Program-made: the position numbers and the translations under genes
The notes under the pieces: model-generated
What the model was told of the DNA's origin: nothing
The model's database searches: none
What the model saw: only the letters and a program-made list of their open reading frames with translations
DNA from: a virus
Lineage: Duplodnaviria; Caudoviricetes
Length of the DNA stretch: 61,951 nt
Strand: one strand, 5' to 3'
IMG/VR virus record: IMGVR_UViG_3300017971_000301
Location: 1 to 61,951 of that record
In this document: piece after piece, positions 36,220-44,705 of the stretch
Numbering within the stretch: the stretch's first letter is position 1
Layout: every line of letters begins with the position of its first letter

Positions 36220-36740
36220 AGATACCAAAACCTATCCTGTTTCAACTGTATGTTTTCCCTACCAAAGACTTCATTCACAGCTCGAACAACACCAGGAAAC
36301 CTGCGAACGTGATAATCATGTCCACACATTAGTCCACCTGAACGAACTTTTGGAAACCAGATCTTGCAATCCTGCAAACAATGTTCATAACTATGATCAG
36401 CATCGATGAAGGCAAAATCAAGAGACCCCTCCTTTATCTTTTTTGCAGCATTGATACTAGATGAAGGAATAATTCGAACCTGCTTCCTAAACCGATGAAT
36501 TCTTTTTTGCCATAACGATTTTGCCCTTCCAGATGTGCAATAGTAATAATCATTTTTCGGCAAAATCGAAGGGCCCGGATAATACGCTACTTCGATCAAA
36601 ATTAACTCTGGATTCTTTTTTAGAAGCTCGAGAGCTGTCTTTCCGTTACCTGTTCCTACCTCCGCACCAATGAATAAGCCATGTTCAGCGATGAATTGAT
36701 TAAGAATGTCGAACCGTTTTGTCAATCGTCGCTTACTCAT
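36207..36740 (-). CDS. class I SAM-dependent methyltransferase (Methyltransf_24-like)
   Basis: GAEVG..G, LDFAFIDADHSYE, GGLMCGHDY, GV..AV.E. Confidence 0.85.
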   Translation of the reverse strand: MSKRRLTKRFDILNQFIAEHGLFIGAEVGTGNGKTALELLKKNPELILIEVAYYPGPSILPKNDYYYCTSGRAKSLWQKRIHRFRKQVRIIPSSSINAAKKIKEGSLDFAFIDADHSYEHCLQDCKIWFPKVRSGGLMCGHDYHVRRFPGVVRAVNEVFGRENIQLKQDRFWYLWKS

Positions 36741-37921
36741 TTCGATTTTCCCTTTTCCTTCCAGTATTTCAACTGCTCAGAACTCAGTCCATTAGGAACG
36801 AAGATAATATTCCGATTGTTCCATTTGCTCCAGTTGTAGGTTACAACCCTTCCAAACGTTTCTCGATTACGCCAAAAATAAGATCCTGGAAAAGGTATCG
36901 CATATCCAAAAAAAGGATTGTCGTCAGTCCCAATTTCTTGGGACAGTTCATATGTTGCTTTCAGGGATTCTTCAGTTTCCTCTATATTTCCAATCATCCA
37001 CAAACAGTGAAGGAGAATTTTGTCTCGATGTGGATATACCAGATTGTGAGTTCTAATATAATCCTCAATCGTTGTTTTCTTATTTATAGCCCTTAGGATC
37101 CTATTATCACCAGACTCAGCCCCAAGGGATAACTGGTTAACTCCGATCTCTAGGAACAAATCAAGAAGGGTTTCGTCAAGAGTATTTCCATGAATGAAAA
37201 CCCTGAAGTTTGTCTTCACATTCCTTTCTCGTAAACCCTTGTTAAAGTACACTAGCCAATCGTAGTTCATTCCAAAGATATCATCATAGATGAATATCTG
37301 CTTCCAACCGAAATAGTTCTCTAAATCAGATATATGCGCAGCAGCTTGATCTGGAGAAACCCGAATAACTTCTCTAGACTCAGAACAGAAATAACAATTA
37401 AACGGACACCCTCTTGAAAACAGAACAGCCGGTTGTTTCTTCTCTGGTCGTGCCATCATATACTTCGAAATAAACCATGGTTCTGGAATACAAATCTTAT
37501 CGAAATACTCTTGGGGAAGAAGAAGACCCTCTATTATCTGATCTTCAGCATATCCATCCAGAATACTATGAAGTGCATACTCTCCTTCACCAATAACAAT
37601 ATGATCTGCAATATCCAACAACCATTTTTCACTTTCCATTTCCAAAACATCCTTATGGAAATGGCGACCCCCCAAAACAATCTTTGTTCGTGGCCACAAG
37701 TCCCGAACCATTAAAAGAACTTCCTTTAGCCGATATCGATTGGCAGTGTTACAGGTAACTCCGACAACATCAGGTTTATTCTTAACAGTTCTAAGATTCT
37801 GAATGTTGCCATACAGATGAATAAAATCAACAACATGTCCCTTGTGCTTTAGGAAGTAATATATAGATTGCAACCCAATTGGATTTGTTGTTACGCCAAA
37901 TGCGATTAGCAAAGTTCTCAT
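36737..37921 (-). CDS. cobalamin-dependent radical SAM enzyme
   Basis: B12-binding-type N-terminus (PDVVGVT, IVLGGRH, VIGEGE); SRGCPFNCYFC; GAESG...L..INK; PFPGS. Confidence 0.9.
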   Translation of the reverse strand: MRTLLIAFGVTTNPIGLQSIYYFLKHKGHVVDFIHLYGNIQNLRTVKNKPDVVGVTCNTANRYRLKEVLLMVRDLWPRTKIVLGGRHFHKDVLEMESEKWLLDIADHIVIGEGEYALHSILDGYAEDQIIEGLLLPQEYFDKICIPEPWFISKYMMARPEKKQPAVLFSRGCPFNCYFCSESREVIRVSPDQAAAHISDLENYFGWKQIFIYDDIFGMNYDWLVYFNKGLRERNVKTNFRVFIHGNTLDETLLDLFLEIGVNQLSLGAESGDNRILRAINKKTTIEDYIRTHNLVYPHRDKILLHCLWMIGNIEETEESLKATYELSQEIGTDDNPFFGYAIPFPGSYFWRNRETFGRVVTYNWSKWNNRNIIFVPNGLSSEQLKYWKEKGKSK

Positions 37922-38616
37922 AGTATATCCGATAAATTCGCTTTCTTCAAATCCTTGATTGCACTTTTAGGACTAAGGTTTAATATCTCAATTCCCCGTG
38001 TCTTAGCGTCCTTAGCAATTGCGGGAAACCCTATCAGGTGTCTTTGAAACGGCGGATTTCTTTTCTTCTCATATGGTTTCCCATGTGATCCATGCCAATG
38101 GCTAACCTTATTTTTATCCAATGACATATCGAATCCCAATAACAAAATCTGCCTAACACCTAAGTGAGCTGCTAAACTGATTGCAGCCGCCCCGCTGTTA
38201 TTATTCCAGGAAACCTTAGTTTGATTAAGACTGATCCCTTTCCTATGGTCATGATCTTTCTGAAGATACTTAATGCCTTCTGACTCTTCAGACTTTTTCT
38301 TCTTGAATCGATTACAACAAGTTGTCTTCAGTCCTGGCCACTTGGCCAAATTTCTTCGGTGCAACAAATACCAAGAACAGTCCCCAAAAAACAAAACATC
38401 AATCCAGGTTCCAATCTTATATACATTATTCACCCCAATCACATGTTCCCTGTGTATAGGGGACATATAATCAGAATAGGAAGACGGCGGTAGTTCGTGA
38501 ACCAGTACCTTTTGAATAATATTCTCAGGAACTTCGAACTGACGCGGAACAGACGGACCACCACCAATGATCCAACATCTTCCATCTTTCCACATAGGTG
38601 GAACGCGCCAAGCCAT
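37918..38616 (-). CDS. Maf/DUF115-like (sialyltransferase-related fold) putative sugar transferase
   Basis: CWIIGGGPS, VIGVNN, FFGD, NSGAAAISLAAHLG...ILLLGFDM, HWH. Confidence 0.65.
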   Translation of the reverse strand: MAWRVPPMWKDGRCWIIGGGPSVPRQFEVPENIIQKVLVHELPPSSYSDYMSPIHREHVIGVNNVYKIGTWIDVLFFGDCSWYLLHRRNLAKWPGLKTTCCNRFKKKKSEESEGIKYLQKDHDHRKGISLNQTKVSWNNNSGAAAISLAAHLGVRQILLLGFDMSLDKNKVSHWHGSHGKPYEKKRNPPFQRHLIGFPAIAKDAKTRGIEILNLSPKSAIKDLKKANLSDIL

Positions 38617-39125
38617 TAACTATTTAGCCTGGAAACCAATTCTTCGGCTTCTCCGATACGAAGAGCCATTTCGTTCATCGACTTGCCAGTGACGGAATTC
38701 ACGACATCATACCAACCCTGCGATCGATCCTTTATCTTGTATTCAACCTCCGTGTTCTCATCGGCAAGCGTTTGTTCAATTGGTGAACCTTCCCCCTCCT
38801 CTTCTTCCGCTTCCCCTTCCCCTGGCTCAACGTTCAGTTCTGCCAAAGCCTCTTTCTGATCTTCGGTCAATTCATCAATTTTACGTTTCTTAACTTCAAA
38901 CTGCGAAGACGATTGCAGAAAAGGTTCTTTGGATTTCCTCAATTCCTCCTCGTTGACGGGGACAATAACATCTCGAAAGGCCTCGGGGATCTCATCAGGG
39001 TATGCCTTGAAAATCTCATTCTTTTTGATTCGTTTCTTTTGACCATCCCGTCTTCGCAAAACATGAGAACCACCACCAATCTTTCTCCAGCGAACTCGTT
39101 CTTCTTTTTTTTCTTCGTCATTCAT
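38616..39125 (-). CDS. hypothetical protein downstream of the major capsid gene
   Basis: Acidic linker and a C-terminal GWYDVVN domain. Confidence 0.6.
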   Translation of the reverse strand: MNDEEKKEERVRWRKIGGGSHVLRRRDGQKKRIKKNEIFKAYPDEIPEAFRDVIVPVNEEELRKSKEPFLQSSSQFEVKKRKIDELTEDQKEALAELNVEPGEGEAEEEEGEGSPIEQTLADENTEVEYKIKDRSQGWYDVVNSVTGKSMNEMALRIGEAEELVSRLNS

Positions 39126-39198
39126 TTGATTATTCCCCCAAAAACAGTGCATGATTAGCCCTGTGTGTTTACGACGAACTGGAATCGATCACTAAATA

Positions 39199-40284
39199 TT
39201 AACTATAGTGAACGACGCCGGAGTTCCCTTCTTGGTCTGATCGAACCTGAGGCACCTGAATCGTCATGACCTTATACTTCGTTACCAGGTTACCTTCCCG
39301 GGTCCATTGCACATTTTGCAAACCCATACCACGAACCAACCGAACCACATCACTGGTCATTTGCACCAGCAAGACGTTGTTAGCTGTCAAGGTATCAATA
39401 ACCTTGACTCCGTCAATTCCGGATATCTTCAGAATTCGTTCCCTGATTGTTGTCCCCGGAGTGGTCGAATCGTAATCCTCGTCCAGCACGGTTTCATATG
39501 CAGTCGGGATATACAACATATACGGCCCGTAGTGATAAGCATCGATAGCGTCCTGTTTCATACTCAACACATCCGCAATGATCCCGGCTCCAGTCGCGGC
39601 CGATGCATCCCAATTAGCAGTCAACGAACCTGTGTTCCGATCAGGATGATTCAAGTAGCTGTATATGGTTCCACTGGCATAAGCATACGTTGTGTTCGTA
39701 AACAGCATTTGCTCTCGCCGTTCCAGAACCTTACGCGCGGCCCGCTCAGCACTTGTAGTATCCAAGGGATTCCCGAGATTTCTAGACGCAGATAGTACCC
39801 TTGCGTTTATCTCGTAATCGACATGGATAATCGGCAACGGAAGATATACTGACTCGAATTTTGGACGATCCCCCTGACTTCTGGTGATACCGTCCATGGT
39901 CAAATCGGCTTCCATTGCATCAGACACATCGTGATACTCGAGAACAGTGCTACCCATACCATTCCCAAGATCATATGTCAGTCCTTTGTCGATTAGGTCC
40001 TGAACGCCAGTGATTCGCTGCTCGGAAATCATCAACAAAGCTTCGTCCAGCCGAATCCACTCATCTCGACGCAACACCGCATTCGTTTGAATCGGTGTAT
40101 TCACGTAATTGTCGACCTTCGTGGGATCGCCGCCTCTATACATGGAAATATAGGAGCGACCATCGTCTCCAATGAACGGTCGCATTCGATTAGGGTCAAT
40201 GCGTCCATTCTGAAGAATCATTCCGGCTAAAACACCTTGCGCGGATCCTCTACTTAGAAAGTCCATATTTACATTCAGTTCCAT
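39199..40284 (-). CDS. major capsid protein (HK97 fold, linocin-M18/encapsulin-like clade)
   Basis: LRRDEWIRLDEA, PLPIIH.DY.I..R.L..SR..G.PLD, GPYMLYI, LVQMTSDVV; position after scaffold and decoration genes. Confidence 0.88.
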   Translation of the reverse strand: MELNVNMDFLSRGSAQGVLAGMILQNGRIDPNRMRPFIGDDGRSYISMYRGGDPTKVDNYVNTPIQTNAVLRRDEWIRLDEALLMISEQRITGVQDLIDKGLTYDLGNGMGSTVLEYHDVSDAMEADLTMDGITRSQGDRPKFESVYLPLPIIHVDYEINARVLSASRNLGNPLDTTSAERAARKVLERREQMLFTNTTYAYASGTIYSYLNHPDRNTGSLTANWDASAATGAGIIADVLSMKQDAIDAYHYGPYMLYIPTAYETVLDEDYDSTTPGTTIRERILKISGIDGVKVIDTLTANNVLLVQMTSDVVRLVRGMGLQNVQWTREGNLVTKYKVMTIQVPQVRSDQEGNSGVVHYS

Positions 40285-40302
40285 TCTTGTCTCACCTCCT
40301 TT

Positions 40303-40806
40303 CTATACCGTCATAATCTCAATGCGCTTGTTATAGCCAAGTGTGCCACTAGATTCAGCCCCGGACGAATCCGACAGATCGACCGCCTCAAGAGCAATCC
40401 CGACAATCTGCTCAGGATATACTGTAATGGATCCGGGTTCCGCGGACTCAAAAGACTCGACATCCGCTACATGTTTCTTCAGATATCCATTACCGTTCGA
40501 TTCCAACGCATCGCCTATCGAAACATTTTCGCCATCGGCAAGAATGGCATAGACCTGTTCACCAGGCTGAGTGATCCAGCAAGCAACCTGATCATCGGCC
40601 GAGTAGTTATCGTCTATTCCATTGCCCTGGAGCTCATCTTCCAAGGCAAAGGCACGCGGTAGACAGTTCCCACCGGCGGTTGAATGGGCTTGTACCTTGC
40701 TGGCCGACGTATACTCCAGCAACATGCCGGGAGTGATAGTACCCGCCGCAACCCGCTCCATTTGAACATCAAGATACTTCACAATCTTAATGGTGTTTTT
40801 CGCCAT
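40303..40806 (-). CDS. capsid decoration/cement protein
   Basis: AAGTITPGMLL, ALED..QG.GIDD.Y, L.SNG.G.LK, IALEAVD; immediately upstream of the MCP. Confidence 0.7.
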   Translation of the reverse strand: MAKNTIKIVKYLDVQMERVAAGTITPGMLLEYTSASKVQAHSTAGGNCLPRAFALEDELQGNGIDDNYSADDQVACWITQPGEQVYAILADGENVSIGDALESNGNGYLKKHVADVESFESAEPGSITVYPEQIVGIALEAVDLSDSSGAESSGTLGYNKRIEIMTV

Positions 40807-42800
40807 TACTTATCACCTCCTTCCGATACCGCGAACGGGAGAAGAACACCGCCCGCACTCTTGTTGGCCAAAGGAACATTGTCGGTTCCTCGTCGACCTT
40901 CACTTTGCAAGGAATAATCGCCATTCGGAGTCAGCGCCTTGGCCAGTTTTTCCAAAGCCTCAACGTTGATATCCTTCAGATCTTCCTTCTTGTACACTTC
41001 ATTGGAGTTGGCCACGATCTGATCAATCAACTCTATCTTTCGATCCTGATGAAGTTTCATACCATACTTCATCTGCTCCCGCATCTCAGCAGGGAACAGC
41101 GCCATGGCCTTCTCGGGATCTGCCAATTGGTTAGCCAAAACCGCCTTCGCCTGTTCCTCAGTAACAACGAAATCGTTGCTACCATTATTATTTCCCGTAG
41201 GAATTTCCGGAGCCTTGATGGCAAGAATCTCGTCGATTCGTTCTTCCTTCAAGGTCAACAGATATTCCCGATCTGCCTCGTTGAACTGGAGATGATCTGT
41301 CTGAATGATCATTTCCACTTTCTCCGGGCAACACGGAGTCGTTTTGTCTGCCATAGTCTTCAAATCTCCTTTTTTGTTTTGTACTGAAACGAATTCTACT
41401 TTACGTTGAACCTCAACCGGTTCCCCGGTGAATTCAACAGTCTCGTCGTTCATATCATAGGTTCGCTGGTAGAATGAACTGCCTCCACCATCATTCCGGC
41501 GAACTTCATAGATAAAACGATCCTCGAACACTTCGACAAGGAAATGAACTTTGACATTGTCGTCCATCCCATCAAGCTTTTCCTGGATCTTCTGAACAAT
41601 GTCACGATATCCTTGTTCATTGGTTATGGGCACAACTGAGTACCCACTGTCAATCAATGCCTTGAAAAGATTTCCGTACTCTTTCAAACTGGTCGGGATT
41701 TCCAGCTCAGCATCGAATTCACTATTTAATAGCCGATAAGCTCTTCGCCTAGCAGCCGCCCTAACCTCTGCCGAGACTCCTCGAACCTGTGCGCCTCGTC
41801 CCCCGATAACAGCTCGTAGTGCATTCTCGTTTAGATTATTTGTTCTGGGATTGACGACCGGAAACTTCAAATCCCCAAACGTATCAACACTACCACTGCC
41901 AATCAGATAATGAGATGCAACTTCCGAACGATCTGATGCGGAGATATTTGACCAATTTCCATCCACACCAAAATCTCCCAAAGTCGGCGCTGACCATGGA
42001 GTCGATTCGGTTCCCGAAAATCTCAGAGCATTTACGATGAATCCCTCATCCAAATCACCACCTCCTTTATTGACTCTTATCCCACAGCCATCCGCCCAAG
42101 AACAAGCGCCCTGTTCGCCGGGTAAAAGAGCCAAGTGATCAGGTCTATGATTTCTGGCAATGGCTAAATATTCCTCACCATTCCATTCTCCCGAAGTTGG
42201 TTCATCTTCGGTAAACACGCCAATACTAACATCCAAGGGTCTAGCCTGCCTTATGTACCCTAGAACCTCAGGAGAGAACTGGCGTACCCTATTCTCATCC
42301 AGCCAAGCTTCGGCTTTCAGTTTATTATCTTCAAATTTCGTGTTGAATACACGACCAACACGAAATCGTTCTATTGCGTGTGGTGTATTAGCCGACGAAG
42401 GACTGCCATTCACTTCTGGATGTGGAACTGTAACAGGAATTCCATTCCATGATCCAGGAAATCGGCCCAAATCTTCTGCCAAATGAAGAAGCGGCCCTGC
42501 GCTCCCGTTATGAACTCCCTCAACCATCATGACAACAGGAACAACAAGATGTTTCTTGCCTTCATGCATTTCTTCCCTGATCCGATAATTGTTGGCCGAG
42601 AACGAATAGTTTTCCATTGCCTCGTTTCTCCCCACAGTTCCATTTGCCTGTCTTATGGCTGACGTCTCACAGGAACTTTGTCGACCGCCCTCCCGCAAAC
42701 AACTCCTAAGAGCAGAGTTTGCAATATTGACCCACTGCCTTTTCTCTCCGGCGGAAAGCCCTTTTTTGAATCTATCAACATCAGCGACTGTCCACGGCAT
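40806..42800 (-). CDS. DUF2213-like prohead protease/scaffold with a ChaB-like N-terminus
   Basis: VPVV...EGV, WNGIPVT..HP, DVSIG, PDHLALLP...GACS..DGCG; coiled-coil C-terminus. Confidence 0.8.
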   Translation of the reverse strand: MPWTVADVDRFKKGLSAGEKRQWVNIANSALRSCLREGGRQSSCETSAIRQANGTVGRNEAMENYSFSANNYRIREEMHEGKKHLVVPVVMMVEGVHNGSAGPLLHLAEDLGRFPGSWNGIPVTVPHPEVNGSPSSANTPHAIERFRVGRVFNTKFEDNKLKAEAWLDENRVRQFSPEVLGYIRQARPLDVSIGVFTEDEPTSGEWNGEEYLAIARNHRPDHLALLPGEQGACSWADGCGIRVNKGGGDLDEGFIVNALRFSGTESTPWSAPTLGDFGVDGNWSNISASDRSEVASHYLIGSGSVDTFGDLKFPVVNPRTNNLNENALRAVIGGRGAQVRGVSAEVRAAARRRAYRLLNSEFDAELEIPTSLKEYGNLFKALIDSGYSVVPITNEQGYRDIVQKIQEKLDGMDDNVKVHFLVEVFEDRFIYEVRRNDGGGSSFYQRTYDMNDETVEFTGEPVEVQRKVEFVSVQNKKGDLKTMADKTTPCCPEKVEMIIQTDHLQFNEADREYLLTLKEERIDEILAIKAPEIPTGNNNGSNDFVVTEEQAKAVLANQLADPEKAMALFPAEMREQMKYGMKLHQDRKIELIDQIVANSNEVYKKEDLKDINVEALEKLAKALTPNGDYSLQSEGRRGTDNVPLANKSAGGVLLPFAVSEGGDK

Positions 42801-43429
42801 TAGTCAATCCTCACTGTATTCCAGTCAAGCCCGCCCTTGTATATGAAAAAGGCACAAGCGCAATCGTTGCCCCAATCCTGCATCATTTCGAAATACGCAG
42901 AATATCTCTTTACAAATCGCACAGAAACTTTAGCGTTCTTCTTCTTTTGTTCAGTCGGCCGACCTCTCCACCAATGGTAATCTAAGAGTCCCCATATCGC
43001 TCCTGGAACAAAGGATGGGCCCAATTGACGAACAGCGTGTTCAAAGACCGGGTTTTGTTTTGGCGCATCAAATATGCAAATCTCAATCGGTATCCCTTTC
43101 CATCGTAGTGTTTTCGAAATGTTCCCTTTGTGAATAACAATCTCTATACCATTCATTGCATTCTCTAAAAAGAATGGAAGTAGATCCTGATCTTCCTTAA
43201 TTCGCACTCCCTGTTCCTTAGCCTTTCGAACCTGCTCCATGTTGGCTTTCCAGCGATCATAAGCATAGAACTTTCTATCATATCCCGCTATCTGCAAACC
43301 CCTTAATAATGGAACAGCCGTTGCCCCAAACCACGATCCTAATTCAATGGCCACTCCTTCATTTTTCCAAGCGCAACCAATCTGATAAAGATAATTGTGA
43401 ACAAACTCTGGTGTCATTGCAGGGATCAT
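42800..43429 (-). CDS. putative SAM-dependent methyltransferase
   Basis: AIELGSWFGAT, YAYDRW, ICIFDA.K, LLDY. Confidence 0.65.
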   Translation of the reverse strand: MIPAMTPEFVHNYLYQIGCAWKNEGVAIELGSWFGATAVPLLRGLQIAGYDRKFYAYDRWKANMEQVRKAKEQGVRIKEDQDLLPFFLENAMNGIEIVIHKGNISKTLRWKGIPIEICIFDAPKQNPVFEHAVRQLGPSFVPGAIWGLLDYHWWRGRPTEQKKKNAKVSVRFVKRYSAYFEMMQDWGNDCACAFFIYKGGLDWNTVRID

Positions 43430-44439
43430 AATGACACTTTCATCCTTTCTAAAATTCCCTCATAATCTGGAATCCTGGTTCCTTTCCAGATTATATGATC
43501 AAGGATGGCTTGTCTAATATCTCGAGTAGGTTCCCAATTGAACCATTTCCTTATCTTCGTAATATCAGCATAAGCCCCGGCAATATCCCCTTCTCGTACA
43601 TCCTCAACAATCATTCCAACAGGAATCGGAACAGTTTCATTGAACAAATCGATGATCTGGCGAACTGTATAACCCCTACCGATTCCAACATTAAAAGTTT
43701 CATATCCCCAAATCTGATGGTCAAATTCTTCCAGAATCTTCACATGTGCCTGAGCAACATCCCAAACATGGATAAAATCCCTAAGTGGGGTTCCATCCTC
43801 AGTGGCCCAATTGGTTCCATATAGTCGGATAGGACGACTCTTGAAATATCCATCAACCAGATTGTCTAGCAATCGGTCTTCTTTCTGATAAGGACCGCTA
43901 CGCATTTCAGGGTCAGCCCCAATTGGATTGAAATACCTGAGCGATACCCCTCGAAGATCATAGCTATGACAGAAATCCTCGAGCATGGTTTCAGCCACTC
44001 TTTTTGAATGGGCGTACGGGCTCATCGGTCTGGGAACCATCGATTCGTATACTTGTGGTTCTAGTCCCTGATATCCATAAACGGATCCAGAAGAACTATA
44101 GATAATCCGATCCGAGATTGTTCTGCAAAACTGAAAGAATCGGAGTGTATTGACAACATTGTTTTCATAATACATCAGCGGATTACTCACTGACTCGGCC
44201 ACGTTGCAAAAGGCCGCGCAGTGAATAACAGCATATATGTTCGGATGATCCTTTTTGATCTGGTGAATGATCTGTATATCGGCAATATTGCCTTCGTAAA
44301 AACGCTCGTCATTCACGAACTCTTCCAGACCCTTAACCAGGGAATCCAACACGATCGGGAAATACCCGGCGTCTTCCAGCGCGGAACAGATTGTGCTTCC
44401 GATGTAACCTGCTCCACCTGTTACTAGAATCTTCTTCAT
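43426..44439 (-). CDS. galE: UDP-glucose 4-epimerase
   Basis: LVTGGAGYIGS, HCAA...V.ESV..PL.YY.NN, SSS..VYG, YxxxK (PYAHSK), LRYFNPIGA, DGT..RDFIHV.D.A.AH. Confidence 0.93.
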   Translation of the reverse strand: MKKILVTGGAGYIGSTICSALEDAGYFPIVLDSLVKGLEEFVNDERFYEGNIADIQIIHQIKKDHPNIYAVIHCAAFCNVAESVSNPLMYYENNVVNTLRFFQFCRTISDRIIYSSSGSVYGYQGLEPQVYESMVPRPMSPYAHSKRVAETMLEDFCHSYDLRGVSLRYFNPIGADPEMRSGPYQKEDRLLDNLVDGYFKSRPIRLYGTNWATEDGTPLRDFIHVWDVAQAHVKILEEFDHQIWGYETFNVGIGRGYTVRQIIDLFNETVPIPVGMIVEDVREGDIAGAYADITKIRKWFNWEPTRDIRQAILDHIIWKGTRIPDYEGILERMKVSL

Positions 44440-44705
44440 TCCCAATTCACCCAAACGTCAGTATTGGCCCATAAGGTACTCAGAGCCAGATTCATATGTG
44501 TTGTACTATCAATCCCTCTGGCCGTTTCCTCGCGGAAATCATCAAGCTCCTGACTTTCAGGAATGCGAAATACACGAGGAGTCGTCAAGTGCTCCTCGAT
44601 ATCCTCAATAACATCTTCATCAGGAAAATCAATTGAAAGCGACTTTCCAGTAGGGTTATACGAAATGTGTCCCTTCAAATCCCCAAGCGAAATTCCTACC
44701 CTCAT
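44436..44705 (-). CDS. small acidic protein; candidate MuF immunity protein
   Basis: ATGA overlap with the MuF stop codon; 89 aa. Confidence 0.55.
   Translation of the reverse strand: MRVGISLGDLKGHISYNPTGKSLSIDFPDEDVIEDIEEHLTTPRVFRIPESQELDDFREETARGIDSTTHMNLALSTLWANTDVWVNWE

Noticed and set aside
39199-40284. Encapsulin/bacteriocin gene
   Set aside because: The linocin-like similarity reflects the HK97 fold; context (portal, protease, decoration, adaptor) shows it is the major capsid protein
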